Shown piece by piece: positions 1-9,828 of a DNA stretch of 53,509 nucleotides. The notes beneath the pieces are model-generated. The model was not told the DNA's origin, did no database searches, and was given only the letters and a program-made list of their open reading frames with translations. Position numbers and translations under genes: made by a program. Source of the DNA: an uncultured Gemmatimonadota bacterium (GTDB lineage: Bacteria > Blakebacterota > Blakebacteria > Blakebacterales > Blakebacteraceae); assembly GCA_964576115.1 (NCBI GenBank), contig CAZNUA010000007.1:62001-115509 (forward strand). Direction: 5' to 3'. Each line of letters begins with the position of its first letter. Positions within the stretch are counted from its first letter, which is position 1.

Positions 1-2
1 GT

Positions 3-1340
3 TTCGAAGCCAGTCTGCCGGTCGTCCTCTCGATCATCGCCATCACGGTCACGGCCGGGATCCTCTTCGGTCTGGCACCGGCGCTCAGTTCCTCGCGGCC
101 CGACCTGGCCACCTTCATCCAGGGAGCCGGCCAGCGGACCGCCGGAAGCAGGCGGCGCAGCATGCTGCGTTCCGGATTGATCATCTTCGAAGTGGCGGTG
201 GCGACGGTCGTGCTCATCGGGGCCGGGCTGATGCTGCGCAGCTTCTTCAACGCCCGGCAGACTGAACCCGGTTTCGATCTCGACGGCGTCGTGAGCGTTC
301 ACATCTCCCTGCCCGAGCAGAGCTATCCCGACGGAACCAGTCACCGCGCTTTCGCCGATGCCCTGACCGAGCGCATCGACCGCCTGCCGGGGATCGAGAG
401 CGCCTCTTTGATCTCCACCGTCCCGATGGCCCGTCCCGCCTATGCCCGCTTCTACACACCCGAGGGCCATCAACCAGAGGAAGGGGAACGACCCCGTTTC
501 AGTTTCTACTACAGCATACAGCCCGATCTGTTCGACATCCTGCGGATACCACTGCTGCAGGGACGCCCGTTCACGCCCGAGGACGGCCGTAGCGGCTCGC
601 CGGTAGTGATCGTCTCGCAGGCCTTTGCCGAACTGAACTGGCCCGGCGAGAACCCGGTCGGCAAGCGCCTGAAGTGGGGTCCGGTCGATTCGGATAATCC
701 CTGGATCGAAATCATCGGCGTGACCGGTGACGTGCGGGAACAGGCTCTGGCCCAGGAAGTGTCGCCCTGCTGCTTCCTGCCCATGCCTCAGGAACCGGAA
801 GCGGAGTTCGATCTGGTCGTGCGCACCGCAGGCGATCCCCTCGAGCTGGTGCCTTCCGTCCGCGAAGCAGTGGCGCAGATCGATTCCGACCTGCCGATCT
901 ATGACATCCTCACCGCCCGCGACGTGATGCGGCGGGCCAACTGGCGAGCCAATCTGACCACCTGGCTCTTCGGCGTGTTTTCGACCATCGCCCTGATCCT
1001 GGCAGCGGTGGGGATCTATGGCGTGATCTCTTTCGCCGTTTCCCAGCGTCTGCGCGAGATGGGCATCCGGATCGCGCTGGGAGCCCGCCCGGGTGACATC
1101 GTGGGTCTCATCATGCGCCAGACGACCCTGCTGACGGCGATCGGGATCGGCCTGGGGCTGGCCGGTGCCGCAGCCGGCACGCGGGTGCTCGAGAGTCTGC
1201 TCTTCCGGACCGGGACCTTCGATGCGCCGACCTATCTGGGCATGGCGGCGATCATGCTCGCTGCCGCTCTGGCGGCCGGCGCCATCCCCCTGCGTCGGGC
1301 CCTGAGAGCCGATCCGGTGGAGGCGATTCGTCATGAATAG
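3..1340 (+). CDS. ADOP-type (MacB/FtsX duplicated) orphan ABC permease, 5'-truncated by the window edge
   Basis: Frame is open from nt 3 (FEASLPVV...GILFGLAPAL...). Contains typical ADOP motifs EPGFD, GIYGVISFAVSQRLREMGIRIALGA and C-terminal DPVEAIRHE. Confidence 0.92.
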   Translation, partial: FEASLPVVLSIIAITVTAGILFGLAPALSSSRPDLATFIQGAGQRTAGSRRRSMLRSGLIIFEVAVATVVLIGAGLMLRSFFNARQTEPGFDLDGVVSVHISLPEQSYPDGTSHRAFADALTERIDRLPGIESASLISTVPMARPAYARFYTPEGHQPEEGERPRFSFYYSIQPDLFDILRIPLLQGRPFTPEDGRSGSPVVIVSQAFAELNWPGENPVGKRLKWGPVDSDNPWIEIIGVTGDVREQALAQEVSPCCFLPMPQEPEAEFDLVVRTAGDPLELVPSVREAVAQIDSDLPIYDILTARDVMRRANWRANLTTWLFGVFSTIALILAAVGIYGVISFAVSQRLREMGIRIALGARPGDIVGLIMRQTTLLTAIGIGLGLAGAAAGTRVLESLLFRTGTFDAPTYLGMAAIMLAAALAAGAIPLRRALRADPVEAIRHE

Positions 1341-4092
1341 CGGACGCGCCCCGATCCTGCTCCGGTTCGGCCTGCGGCTCTGCCTGCCGCCGAACGAGCG
1401 GGTCCTGCTCCTGGCCGATCTCGAAGAGGAGTACGGCAGCCGGATCAGGCCGCGGCGCAGTCCGCTCTGCGCCCGGCTGTGGTACTGGCGCGAGGGACTC
1501 TCTCTGCTCTTCTCCTGCCTGGGAAGCCGCCTGCGCGGCGAGGCCCCCCGCGACCTCACGATCGTGCTCGAAAGCCGGCGCTTCCGGCGACACCTGAAAG
1601 AACACCGTGAACCCGAGGAGACACGAGGCCACCTGATGGAGAATCTCTGGTACGATCTGCGCCATGCCCTGAGCAGCCTGCGCCGTCAGCCGAAGTACAC
1701 CCTGGCCGCCCTGCTGACCCTGGCTCTGGGCATCGGAGCCAATACCGCCCTCTTCACCGTTCTCAACGGGGTAATCCTGCAGCCCCTGCCGTACGATGAT
1801 CCCGGTCAGCTCGTCAAGCTCGATCACCGGGAGATCGGCCAGGAGAATTTCACCTCCTACCTGACCGGTCTCGATTTCCTCGACGTGCGCGAGCGCGCCA
1901 CCACCCTGTCCGAGGTCGCCTGTTACTACGACTACCGCCTGACCGGTTTCGATCTGACCGGGGGGGACACTCCCCGCCGGATCATCACCATGCCGATCAG
2001 CGCCGGCTACTTCACGGTGCTGGGAACCGAGCCGATACTGGGACGAACGTTCACCCGTGACGAGGAACGGTACGACACCACTGATGTCATTATCAGTCAT
2101 CGGCTCTGGCAGGAATACTTCGCCGGGGAATCCTCGGCCCTGGGTTCGAGCATTATTCTCGACGGGGATCCCCGCCGGGTGATCGGGATCATGCCGCACG
2201 ATTTCTCCGAACCCTTCGGCCGCCGGGTGGATGTCTGGATGGCCCTGAACCTGGTCCCCGGCTCACCTCCCCCCGGCTTCCCCCATGCCTCCAACAACAG
2301 TCGCGACAATTACTATCTCAGCAGCATCGGCCGGCTCCGTTCCGACGTGAGTCTCGAAGAGAATCAGGCCGAACTGGATGCGATCGCGACCGCCATCGAT
2401 GTCGAATTCTCACCCGACCGCGATGCCTGGACTGTCGGAGCCGTGCCGCTGTCCGAAAAGGTCATCGGCGGCAGCGACACCATGCTCTGGATCCTCTTCG
2501 CCGCGGTCGGCTTCGTCCTGCTGATCGCCTGCGTCAACGTAGCCAATCTCACGTTGGCCCGGGGCAACTACATGGAACGGGAGCTGGCCATCCGATCCGC
2601 GCTCGGATCGAGCCGGGGCCGTCTGCTGCGCCAGCGTCTGACCGAGAGCCTGGTCCTGGCCGCCCTGGGGGCTCTGCTCGGCCTGCTGCTGGCCGCCGGC
2701 GGCATCCGTTTCCTGCTCGCCCTGTGCCCCGACGCCCTGCCCCGGGTCGATGAGATCGGCTTCAACGCCGCCGTTTTCTTCTTCACCGCCGGCCTGGCTG
2801 TCATCACCGGTCTTCTTTTCGGTCTGGTTCCGGCTCTGCGCTCGACCCGCCCTGACATCGAGCGCACCCTGCGCGAGGTGGGGCACAGCACCAGCGCCGG
2901 GATCCGCCAGCGCTACCTGCGAAGTGCCCTGGTAGTGGTGCAGACCGCCCTGGCCCTGCTGCTCCTCGTCGGGGCTGCCCTGCTGGTCCAGAGTTTCAAC
3001 CGGCTGAGGGCCATCGACCTCGGGATCGAACCCGCCAACGTGCTGACCTTCGAGATCAGCCTGCCGACATCAGCCTACCCGGTCGCCGAACCCGCCCGCC
3101 GGCTGACCTTCGACTCCGAGTTCCGCTCCCGGCTCGAAGCCCTGCCCGGCGTGGTGTCAGCCGGCGCGGTCTCCCGCCTGCCCGCGCAGGGTGCATACCA
3201 CAGCTGGGGGTACGTCATCAGGAGCGAGTACGAGGCCACCGGGGAAGCCGGCTGGCACCTGGCCAATGTCCGGATCGTGGCGGGCGACTACTTCGACGTC
3301 ACGGGTATCGATCTCGTCGCCGGCCGTTCCTTTCAACCTGCCGATGGCAGCGAGGCTCCGCCGGTCCTCCTCATCAGCCGAAGTCTGGCCGATCGGAATT
3401 TCACCGATGGCGATCCGATCGGTGACCAGATCTGGTACAACGGTATCATGCGCGAGATCGTCGGGATCGTCGAGGATGTGCGGATCGGTTACCGCGAGGA
3501 GGTGATCGATCACATCTACTATCCCTACGAGCAGTGGGCCGGGGACCGCCCCTGGGTCATGACCTGGACGGTGAAGTACCGGGGCGAACTGCCGGCGGTG
3601 ACCGAGGCGGTGCGGGCCGAACTGGCCGATCTCGATCCCGCCCTGGTGTTTTACAATCCCCGTTCCCTCGATAACATCGTCGGTTCGGTCATCGCCCGCG
3701 ATCGCTTCGCCATGGCCCTGATGACGATCTTCGCCGCCGTGGCCCTGCTGCTGGCCGTGACCGGCATCTACGGGGTGCTCTCGTATACCGTCAGCCAGCG
3801 ACAGTATGAACTCGGCATCCACCTGGCGATCGGCGCCCGCATCTCCCAGGTACGCGGTCTCATCCTCCGCGAGGGCATGGTGCTGGCCGGGACGGGAATC
3901 GCCCTCGGGCTCGCCGCGTCGATCGTGCTGACCCGCTGGCTGGCTTCGCTGGTCTACGAGGTCGACCTGACCGATCCCCTGATCCTGGCCGGCTCGGCGG
4001 TCGTGCTCGGCCTGGTGGCCTGGCTGGCCAGTCTGCTGCCGGCCCGGCGCGCGGCCCGGACCGATCCCCTGACCGTGATGCGGACCGAGTAG
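1333..4092 (+). CDS. ADOP-type ABC permease with N-terminal prefix segment (DLEEEY...RLWYWRE)
   Basis: 919 aa. Motifs DLRHALSSLRRQP, TLALGIGANTALF, LLIACVNVANL, GIYGVLSYTVSQR, DPLTVMRTE. Start overlaps the upstream gene's end. Confidence 0.93.
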   Translation: MNSGRAPILLRFGLRLCLPPNERVLLLADLEEEYGSRIRPRRSPLCARLWYWREGLSLLFSCLGSRLRGEAPRDLTIVLESRRFRRHLKEHREPEETRGHLMENLWYDLRHALSSLRRQPKYTLAALLTLALGIGANTALFTVLNGVILQPLPYDDPGQLVKLDHREIGQENFTSYLTGLDFLDVRERATTLSEVACYYDYRLTGFDLTGGDTPRRIITMPISAGYFTVLGTEPILGRTFTRDEERYDTTDVIISHRLWQEYFAGESSALGSSIILDGDPRRVIGIMPHDFSEPFGRRVDVWMALNLVPGSPPPGFPHASNNSRDNYYLSSIGRLRSDVSLEENQAELDAIATAIDVEFSPDRDAWTVGAVPLSEKVIGGSDTMLWILFAAVGFVLLIACVNVANLTLARGNYMERELAIRSALGSSRGRLLRQRLTESLVLAALGALLGLLLAAGGIRFLLALCPDALPRVDEIGFNAAVFFFTAGLAVITGLLFGLVPALRSTRPDIERTLREVGHSTSAGIRQRYLRSALVVVQTALALLLLVGAALLVQSFNRLRAIDLGIEPANVLTFEISLPTSAYPVAEPARRLTFDSEFRSRLEALPGVVSAGAVSRLPAQGAYHSWGYVIRSEYEATGEAGWHLANVRIVAGDYFDVTGIDLVAGRSFQPADGSEAPPVLLISRSLADRNFTDGDPIGDQIWYNGIMREIVGIVEDVRIGYREEVIDHIYYPYEQWAGDRPWVMTWTVKYRGELPAVTEAVRAELADLDPALVFYNPRSLDNIVGSVIARDRFAMALMTIFAAVALLLAVTGIYGVLSYTVSQRQYELGIHLAIGARISQVRGLILREGMVLAGTGIALGLAASIVLTRWLASLVYEVDLTDPLILAGSAVVLGLVAWLASLLPARRAARTDPLTVMRTE

Positions 4093-4115
4093 AAAAACCC
4101 GCCTCGGCCGAAATC

Positions 4116-4143
4116 TGCAACCTGGTTACCCCAACCAGCGTAT
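4116..4143 (+). promoter_or_regulatory. ECF-sigma-type promoter TGCAAC-N17-CGTAT
   Basis: Read directly. AAC/CGT cores with ECF-like spacing, in the intergenic region before the lipoprotein gene. Confidence 0.55.
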
Positions 4144-4155
4144 ATATCAACTAAT

Positions 4156-4182
4156 CCTATATATATGATTCATATATATAGG
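4156..4182. promoter_or_regulatory. Perfect AT-rich palindrome CCTATATATATGA-T-TCATATATATAGG (candidate operator or hairpin)
   Basis: 13-bp perfect arms with a 1-nt spacer in a GC-rich background, just downstream of the putative -10. Confidence 0.6.
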
Positions 4183-4254
4183 TCCGGCGCGGGTGCCGCC
4201 GACATAAGGGATCGGTGTCGCCCGCAAAAACTGCTGTTTCAGGAGGAAATGATC

Positions 4255-5085
4255 ATGAGAACCCGGTTTGAACGGTACCGTTTCGCCTCGCTCCTTGCGG
4301 TCCTGCTCACGACAGCCGCCTGTGCTTCCTCCGGTGCCGGCCGTGGGGCGGTCGCCCACCACTGGCCGTCTGGAACGGCAGTCGCCTACACGCTGACGAA
4401 TGGACAGACGCAGACCATCACCATCCCGGGGCAGGGCGAGCAGGTCCTCGACGCGGACACAACCTTCGAACTCACTCTCACCAGCATCGAAGACGCTACC
4501 TTCCGCCTGAGGGTGGAAACAGCTACCAGCGTCGACGATGCGGCGGCGGGAGGGGAAGCCGCCGATATTGCCGACGTCATCGGCCTCGAAAGCATCCTTA
4601 CTCTGAACGACCGGGGTCGGATCAGTACCGCAACCGGCCTGGAAGACAACCAGTATGTCCTCGATCAGGGCGGGATTCCTTCCTTCGATGACCTGCTGCA
4701 GTTCCTCTTTCTCTACCTCCCCGAGGGAGATCTGCAGGAGGGAACAACGTGGACGAGGGAATACAGCTACCCGATCGACCAGCTCGATGGTACCCACCTC
4801 GATCTCGTTTTCATCGATCATTATACCTGCCGCGGATTGAGCGAGTATGAGGGTGCTCGTGCCTGGCGGATCGAAGTCACCTCCGAGGCTGCTCTCAGCG
4901 GTTTCGGCGAGGGTATCGACGTCGGAATAAGCGGCGTGGGTACGAGCGTTTTCCATGCCGCCCCGGGAACGGCCATGATCCTTGCGGCGGAGATGGAGAT
5001 CATCATGGAGGGAAGCGTTTCTATCCAGGGTATGGACCTGCCCCTCAGGATGCACTTCCGGCGGGCAGCACGAATCAAGGAGTAG
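4255..5085 (+). CDS. Hypothetical lipoprotein, beta-rich (~276 aa)
   Basis: RBS AGGAGG at 4241-4246 and ATG at 4255. Signal peptide with lipobox LLTTAA-C, followed by amphipathic beta-strand patterns. Confidence 0.75.
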   Translation: MRTRFERYRFASLLAVLLTTAACASSGAGRGAVAHHWPSGTAVAYTLTNGQTQTITIPGQGEQVLDADTTFELTLTSIEDATFRLRVETATSVDDAAAGGEAADIADVIGLESILTLNDRGRISTATGLEDNQYVLDQGGIPSFDDLLQFLFLYLPEGDLQEGTTWTREYSYPIDQLDGTHLDLVFIDHYTCRGLSEYEGARAWRIEVTSEAALSGFGEGIDVGISGVGTSVFHAAPGTAMILAAEMEIIMEGSVSIQGMDLPLRMHFRRAARIKE

Positions 5086-5109
5086 CCGGAAAAACCACAC
5101 TTTCTTCCT

Positions 5110-5137
5110 AACAACAGCCGGAGCGATCGACCCGTAT
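5110..5137 (+). promoter_or_regulatory. ECF-sigma-type promoter AACAAC-N17-CGTAT
   Basis: Same AAC-N17-CGTAT geometry as at 4116, upstream of an ADOP permease. Confidence 0.45.
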
Positions 5138-5236
5138 CCCCCGTCAGACCGGTAGCCGCGCTCCTTCGCGACGCTTGAATGTGGCAGGGAAATCGTGGCT
5201 GTCCCCCGAACAGGACACCCGTGCCTGGAGCCCGAC

Positions 5237-7663
5237 ATGTTCGATCTCGTACGCGATATCCGCCTGGCCTTTCGGACCTTACGCCGCTCCTGGAAGATTT
5301 CCGTGGTAGCCGTTCTCTCGCTGGCCCTGGCGATCGCCGGCAATACGATCGTCTTCAGCATGATCAACGGCGTCTTCTACCGTCCCCTGCCCTACCATGA
5401 GGCCGACCGGCTTTCCTTCATCGGCGACCGCGCTCTCGATGCCCCGCGCGGGGCTATCTCGGGCATGTCGGTCCCCAACTTTGTCGACCTGCGCGAACGG
5501 CAGAATTCCTATGAGGACCTGGCGGCAATGCAGATCCAGCCCTTTGTCCTCCAGGATGGCGGTGAGACCCCCGAAACGATCCTCGGGGCCACCGTGACCT
5601 CGGAGTTCTTTCCCCTGTTCGGAGTCGATGTCGTCCGCGGACGACACTTTGCGGCCGAGGAAGCCGTCGCGGGCGGCGAGCGGGTCATCGTGGTCAGCCA
5701 TACCTTCTGGAGCGAACGGCTCGGCAACGAGGAGGAAACAGCGACCGGACTGGAGCCGGTCACGGTTCCGCTCAACGGCCAGCCGCATACGATCATCGGC
5801 GTTCTGCCCGCCGACTTCGATTTCCTGGTCCCCAATCTCGAGGTCTTCACTCCCCTGGCCATCGATCCATCGGCGGCGAACCGGGCCCAGCGGAGTCTGC
5901 TCGTCTTCGGCCGGCTTGGCGCGGGGATCGGAGACGAGGTGGCCCAGATCGAGATGGCCGCTTTGATGGAGCGTCTGATCGAAGAACACCCCGAGGCCAA
6001 TCGCGGCTATACCATCGACGCCCTGAACCTGCGTCACGAGATCCCGAATCGGCAGAACCGGATCCTCTTCGCCATCATCCAGGGAGCGATGCTTTTCATC
6101 CTGCTGATTGCCTGCGCCAACCTGGCCAACCTGCTGCTGGCCCGCAGCCTGGCCCGTCGGCGCGAGATGGCGATCCGGATGAGCATCGGCGCCGGTCGAT
6201 TGCAGATCGTGCGCCAGCTCTTCACCGAAAGCGGTCTCATGGCTCTGGCCGCCGGGGCCCTGAGCCTGCTGGTGAGCTCACAGGGGGTGCAGATAGTCAA
6301 CCGGATGTTATCCGCCAACCTGCCGGGACCCTACCAGCCGGTCATGGATGTCGCTGTCCTTCTCTTCACCCTGGGGATCACCCTGGTGGGGATGTTCCTG
6401 TTCGGTTTTTTCCCTCTGCTGCACCTGCGCGAGTTCGACACCGCCGGCACGCTGCGCGAGGGTTCGGCCGGCCTGGGGGGCGGCCGGCGCCAGCGGCGGA
6501 CTTCGGGCGTGCTGGTAGTAGCCGAAGTGGCCCTGGCCCTGATGGCCCTGGGCGGCGCCGGAGTGTTGATCCGCTCTTTCCAGGTCCTGCAGAACACCGA
6601 TCCCGGGTTCGAGACAGCGAACCTGCTCACCTTCGGTCTCAATCTGCCGGCGGAACGGTATGCCGAGGAGGAGGTGATCGCCAATGCCGGCGAGCAGCTC
6701 GGCGAGCGTCTGGCCGCCCTGCCGGGAGTCGAGGGGGTGATCCTGGCCAACGCCCGTCCGCGTACCCCCTTCGTGCCGCAGGAGTACTTCACCATCGACG
6801 CCCGGCCCCCGGAAGATCCCGATTCGCGCCCCCAGGTGAGCCGGCTGATGGTCACCCCCGGCTTCTTCGAGATTCTCGAGATTCCGCACCGGTCCGGTCG
6901 CACCTTCACCGGCGGCGACCGACTCGGGACCGCCCCGGTCATCATCATCAACGAGGCCATGGCCGAACTGTACTGGACCGGCGAGGATCCCCTCGGTCAG
7001 CACATCACGATTCTCGGCGAATCCCGCGAGATCGTCGGGATCGTCGGCACCGTGCGGCACGGGCTGGCAATCAATACCGACCTGCTCCCCGTTCTCTACC
7101 TGCCCTGGTACCAGGTACCGGCCAGCGGGGTCAATGTCGCCCTCAAGACCGCCATGCCCCCCCAGGCCCTGGCCGATGCCGTGCGCCGGCAGATCTATGA
7201 TTTCGAAGCCGAGGCCGCCATCGTACAGATGCTGCCGCTCGAAGACTTCATGGAGCAGTTCTTCGTGGCCCAGAACGTCATCATGGGGATCCTCTTCGGC
7301 TTCGGGGCGATGGGATTGTTGCTGGCCGCCCTGGGCATCTACGGCGTGCTGGCCTACCGGGTCACCCTGCAGGTACGCGAGATCGGTCTGCGGATGGCGA
7401 TGGGCGCCCGGCGGGGTCGGATCATCCGGGGGGTGACCCTCAACGGCCTGAAGATGGCGGGGATCGGGATGGCGATCGGATTGCCCGGCGCGGTGGCGGT
7501 CACGATCATCATCGGGAATTTGTCACAGAACGCCGTGCCGATCCAACCGGTGGGCCTGGTGGCGGCGGCCGTCGTTCTGATGGTCGTTTCGGTTCTGGCC
7601 ACCCTGGCCCCGGCCCACCGGGCCTCCCGGGTCGACCCGGTCATCGCCCTGCGGATGGAATAA
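5237..7663 (+). CDS. ADOP-type ABC permease (~808 aa)
   Basis: GGAG RBS then ATG 5237 (MFDLVRDIRLAFRTLRRS). Motifs LLIACANLANLLLAR, DPGFET, GIYGVLAY, DPVIALRME. Confidence 0.93.
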   Translation: MFDLVRDIRLAFRTLRRSWKISVVAVLSLALAIAGNTIVFSMINGVFYRPLPYHEADRLSFIGDRALDAPRGAISGMSVPNFVDLRERQNSYEDLAAMQIQPFVLQDGGETPETILGATVTSEFFPLFGVDVVRGRHFAAEEAVAGGERVIVVSHTFWSERLGNEEETATGLEPVTVPLNGQPHTIIGVLPADFDFLVPNLEVFTPLAIDPSAANRAQRSLLVFGRLGAGIGDEVAQIEMAALMERLIEEHPEANRGYTIDALNLRHEIPNRQNRILFAIIQGAMLFILLIACANLANLLLARSLARRREMAIRMSIGAGRLQIVRQLFTESGLMALAAGALSLLVSSQGVQIVNRMLSANLPGPYQPVMDVAVLLFTLGITLVGMFLFGFFPLLHLREFDTAGTLREGSAGLGGGRRQRRTSGVLVVAEVALALMALGGAGVLIRSFQVLQNTDPGFETANLLTFGLNLPAERYAEEEVIANAGEQLGERLAALPGVEGVILANARPRTPFVPQEYFTIDARPPEDPDSRPQVSRLMVTPGFFEILEIPHRSGRTFTGGDRLGTAPVIIINEAMAELYWTGEDPLGQHITILGESREIVGIVGTVRHGLAINTDLLPVLYLPWYQVPASGVNVALKTAMPPQALADAVRRQIYDFEAEAAIVQMLPLEDFMEQFFVAQNVIMGILFGFGAMGLLLAALGIYGVLAYRVTLQVREIGLRMAMGARRGRIIRGVTLNGLKMAGIGMAIGLPGAVAVTIIIGNLSQNAVPIQPVGLVAAAVVLMVVSVLATLAPAHRASRVDPVIALRME

Positions 7664-7672
7664 AGGGAACAA

Positions 7673-7700
7673 GAGGTCGGCCCGTCTCCGGACCGACCTC
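7673..7700. terminator. GC-rich hairpin between convergent genes
   Basis: Inverted repeat GAGGTCGG...CCGACCTC between the stops at 7663 and 7729. No strong U-tract. Confidence 0.5.
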
Positions 7701-7728
7701 CATACCCGTCTGCCCGTTCCCCCGTCGT

Positions 7729-8616
7729 TCAGGAACCTGGCGGCAGGGTGGTCTCTACCGTGATCCGGCGGCCATCCCGCTCGACTGTCCAGGTGATCGT
7801 CTGGCCGGGTTTGATTCGAGAGAACTCACGCCCCCCGGCGTCCCGGGTAAGGCGGGTACCGTCGATATGCGTCAGAACATCCCACGGGCGTATCCCGCCG
7901 ATATCCGCCGGACTCCCCGGCTCCACGGTCTTGACCAGAGGGGAATCGTTGAAAATCCAGATCTGATCCTTGCCCCGCCGGTCGATCAAAGAGCCCCGGA
8001 AAGAAAGGCCCAGGCCGAGGCCGAAGGCTTCCTGCCACACGGCTGAACTCGGGTCGTACGAGCCCTGACCGAGGTTGTTCTCGATCTCTTCGACATACCT
8101 GTCGATAGAACCCAGCAGAGAGTCCAGCAGCGCTATTGTTTCCTCGGGCGGCAAGACCGGAACCGTGACGGAATCACTGCTCGCAGGTTCTCTCGGGACG
8201 ATAGTGAGGGTTCTGTGCCGCCTCCCCCGGCGCACTGTTACTTTGACCGGCTCGCCGGCTTTCAGAGCAGCATAGCGCCGCCCGGCCTGACGGGTCGTGA
8301 TCAGCAGACCGTCGATGGCCACAATGGTGTCTCCGCGCCTGAGGATTCCGGCGGCCGGACCGTCGGGATCGATCGCCTTGATCTTCGGTTCGGTCGGGAA
8401 TGTGTAATACATATCGTCCCGGCTGATGGTCAGATCGGCATTGGGGCCCGTTGACAGCTCCAGTATCCCCAGCATCTCCGTCGGTTGGGGAATCCTCTCC
8501 CGCAGATTCCGGGCCCGCAGGTCGAAATCACGCTGAGCTGATGCCGAACCCGCAAAGACGCCCGTTATGAGCAGAATCGCGACCCCTACGCTCAGATAGT
8601 GCCCCCTCCGCTTCAT
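7729..8616 (-). CDS. Exported tandem-PDZ-domain protein without a protease domain
   Basis: GGAGG RBS, ATG 8616, signal peptide ending ASA-Q. Two PDZ signatures: IDPDGPAAGILRRGDTIVAIDG and VEPGSPADIGGIRPWDVLTHIDG. Confidence 0.8.
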   Translation of the reverse strand: MKRRGHYLSVGVAILLITGVFAGSASAQRDFDLRARNLRERIPQPTEMLGILELSTGPNADLTISRDDMYYTFPTEPKIKAIDPDGPAAGILRRGDTIVAIDGLLITTRQAGRRYAALKAGEPVKVTVRRGRRHRTLTIVPREPASSDSVTVPVLPPEETIALLDSLLGSIDRYVEEIENNLGQGSYDPSSAVWQEAFGLGLGLSFRGSLIDRRGKDQIWIFNDSPLVKTVEPGSPADIGGIRPWDVLTHIDGTRLTRDAGGREFSRIKPGQTITWTVERDGRRITVETTLPPGS

Positions 8617-8648
8617 GATACGGCCTCCTCTCAGGGTGGAATTCACGG

Positions 8649-9191
8649 TTAGAATTGAACGTTCAGCCGGTCTGCAGAAACCGGTATGACAGACGTCCCG
8701 GGCCGGAGGACGGCCGCCAGCATCTGTCTGAGGATCTCATCACTCGGGGCCAGTCCGGCGATTGCACGGGCGGCCGAACCCAGGGTGGCCAGAGCGACCT
8801 CCCGCCCCTGCTCGCGCTCCTGTTCGGTCAAAATCTGCTCGTAAAGAGCCAGATCCTGCAGGGCCGCGAGGTAATCGCTGCTCGCCCGCTGAACCTCCAC
8901 GGCGAGGTGGAAACCGTCGTTCGCTGACGTAACCACCGCTCCCCGTGCCCGCCAGGTTCCCGTCAGGTAACCCATGGCAAATCCGCTCGTGATGAGCAGG
9001 GCCACCGCCGCCGCCACGCCGGCCAGGCGCCGGCCGGTCAGTTCGATCACGGATCGCCGCCGCGGCCCGAGGATTCCCCGCCGGGTAAGCTCGTCGACCA
9101 CCCGTTCCTCCAGCTCCGGATCGGGTTCGCGCTCCCGGGGCAGTGCGGCCAGGGCCTCGATCTCGGGAGACATCTCTTCATCGGTGTTCAT
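8649..9191 (-). CDS. Putative single-pass anti-sigma factor
   Basis: Overlaps the ECF sigma stop. N-terminal LAALPREREPDPELEERV, one TM helix, helical C-terminal domain. Confidence 0.7.
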   Translation of the reverse strand: MNTDEEMSPEIEALAALPREREPDPELEERVVDELTRRGILGPRRRSVIELTGRRLAGVAAAVALLITSGFAMGYLTGTWRARGAVVTSANDGFHLAVEVQRASSDYLAALQDLALYEQILTEQEREQGREVALATLGSAARAIAGLAPSDEILRQMLAAVLRPGTSVIPVSADRLNVQF

Positions 9192-9744
9192 GCTCGATCT
9201 CCTTCACACCGGTCAGCTGCCAGCGCAGTGTTCGGCGCGCTCTCGAGAGGTGACTCTTCGACGTCCCCTCCGGCATAGCCAGCCGCTCGGCGATCTCGCG
9301 GTGTTTCATCCCTTCGATGTCATGCAGCACCAGGACGAACCGCTGTTCATCGGGCAGCGCCCGGATGAGACGTTCCAGGTCGATCCGGTCATCGTCGGGA
9401 GCCGGCGGAACGACAGTGGTGGGAATGACGTCCCCTGGTATCAGCGGGGAACGGCTTTGCTGACGGAGATGCTCGCGAACCACGTTGAGTCCGATCTCCT
9501 GAAGCCAGGTCCCGAAGGCCGAGCGCCACCGGAAGCTGTCGAACGACTCGCAGGCCCGGATCCAGGTCTCCTGGACGACATCCTCCACATTGCTCTCCGG
9601 ACCCGCCAGCAGGCGGGTCACAAAACCGGTCAGACGGGGTGTGTAGCGCCGGAAGAGCTCGCGAAAAGCTCCCTCATCGCCCTGCTGGCGGATGCGGGAG
9701 ATGAGCCGGCGGTCTCCGGCCTGGATGTCTTGCGGGGTATCCAT
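9178..9744 (-). CDS. ECF RNA polymerase sigma-70 factor
   Basis: Region 2 (GDEGAFRELFRRY...EDVVQETWIRA...FGTWL) and region 4 (LPDEQRFVLVLHDIEGMKHREIAERLAMPEGTSKSHLSRAR). Confidence 0.95.
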   Translation of the reverse strand: MDTPQDIQAGDRRLISRIRQQGDEGAFRELFRRYTPRLTGFVTRLLAGPESNVEDVVQETWIRACESFDSFRWRSAFGTWLQEIGLNVVREHLRQQSRSPLIPGDVIPTTVVPPAPDDDRIDLERLIRALPDEQRFVLVLHDIEGMKHREIAERLAMPEGTSKSHLSRARRTLRWQLTGVKEIEHEHR

Positions 9745-9755
9745 TCTATCAAGTG

Positions 9756-9783
9756 AGTCGGGATATGGAACGCAATGGTTGCA
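9756..9783 (-). promoter_or_regulatory. Putative autoregulatory ECF promoter TGCAAC-N17-CGACT, with a near-leaderless transcript
   Basis: Minus strand reads TGCAACCATTGCGTTCCATATCCCGACT, 11 nt before the sigma ATG. No SD sequence. Confidence 0.6.
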
Positions 9784-9828
9784 GGAAAAGATCGATGCTG
9801 CTCAGGTTGCCGGTACCGCAGGGATCGA

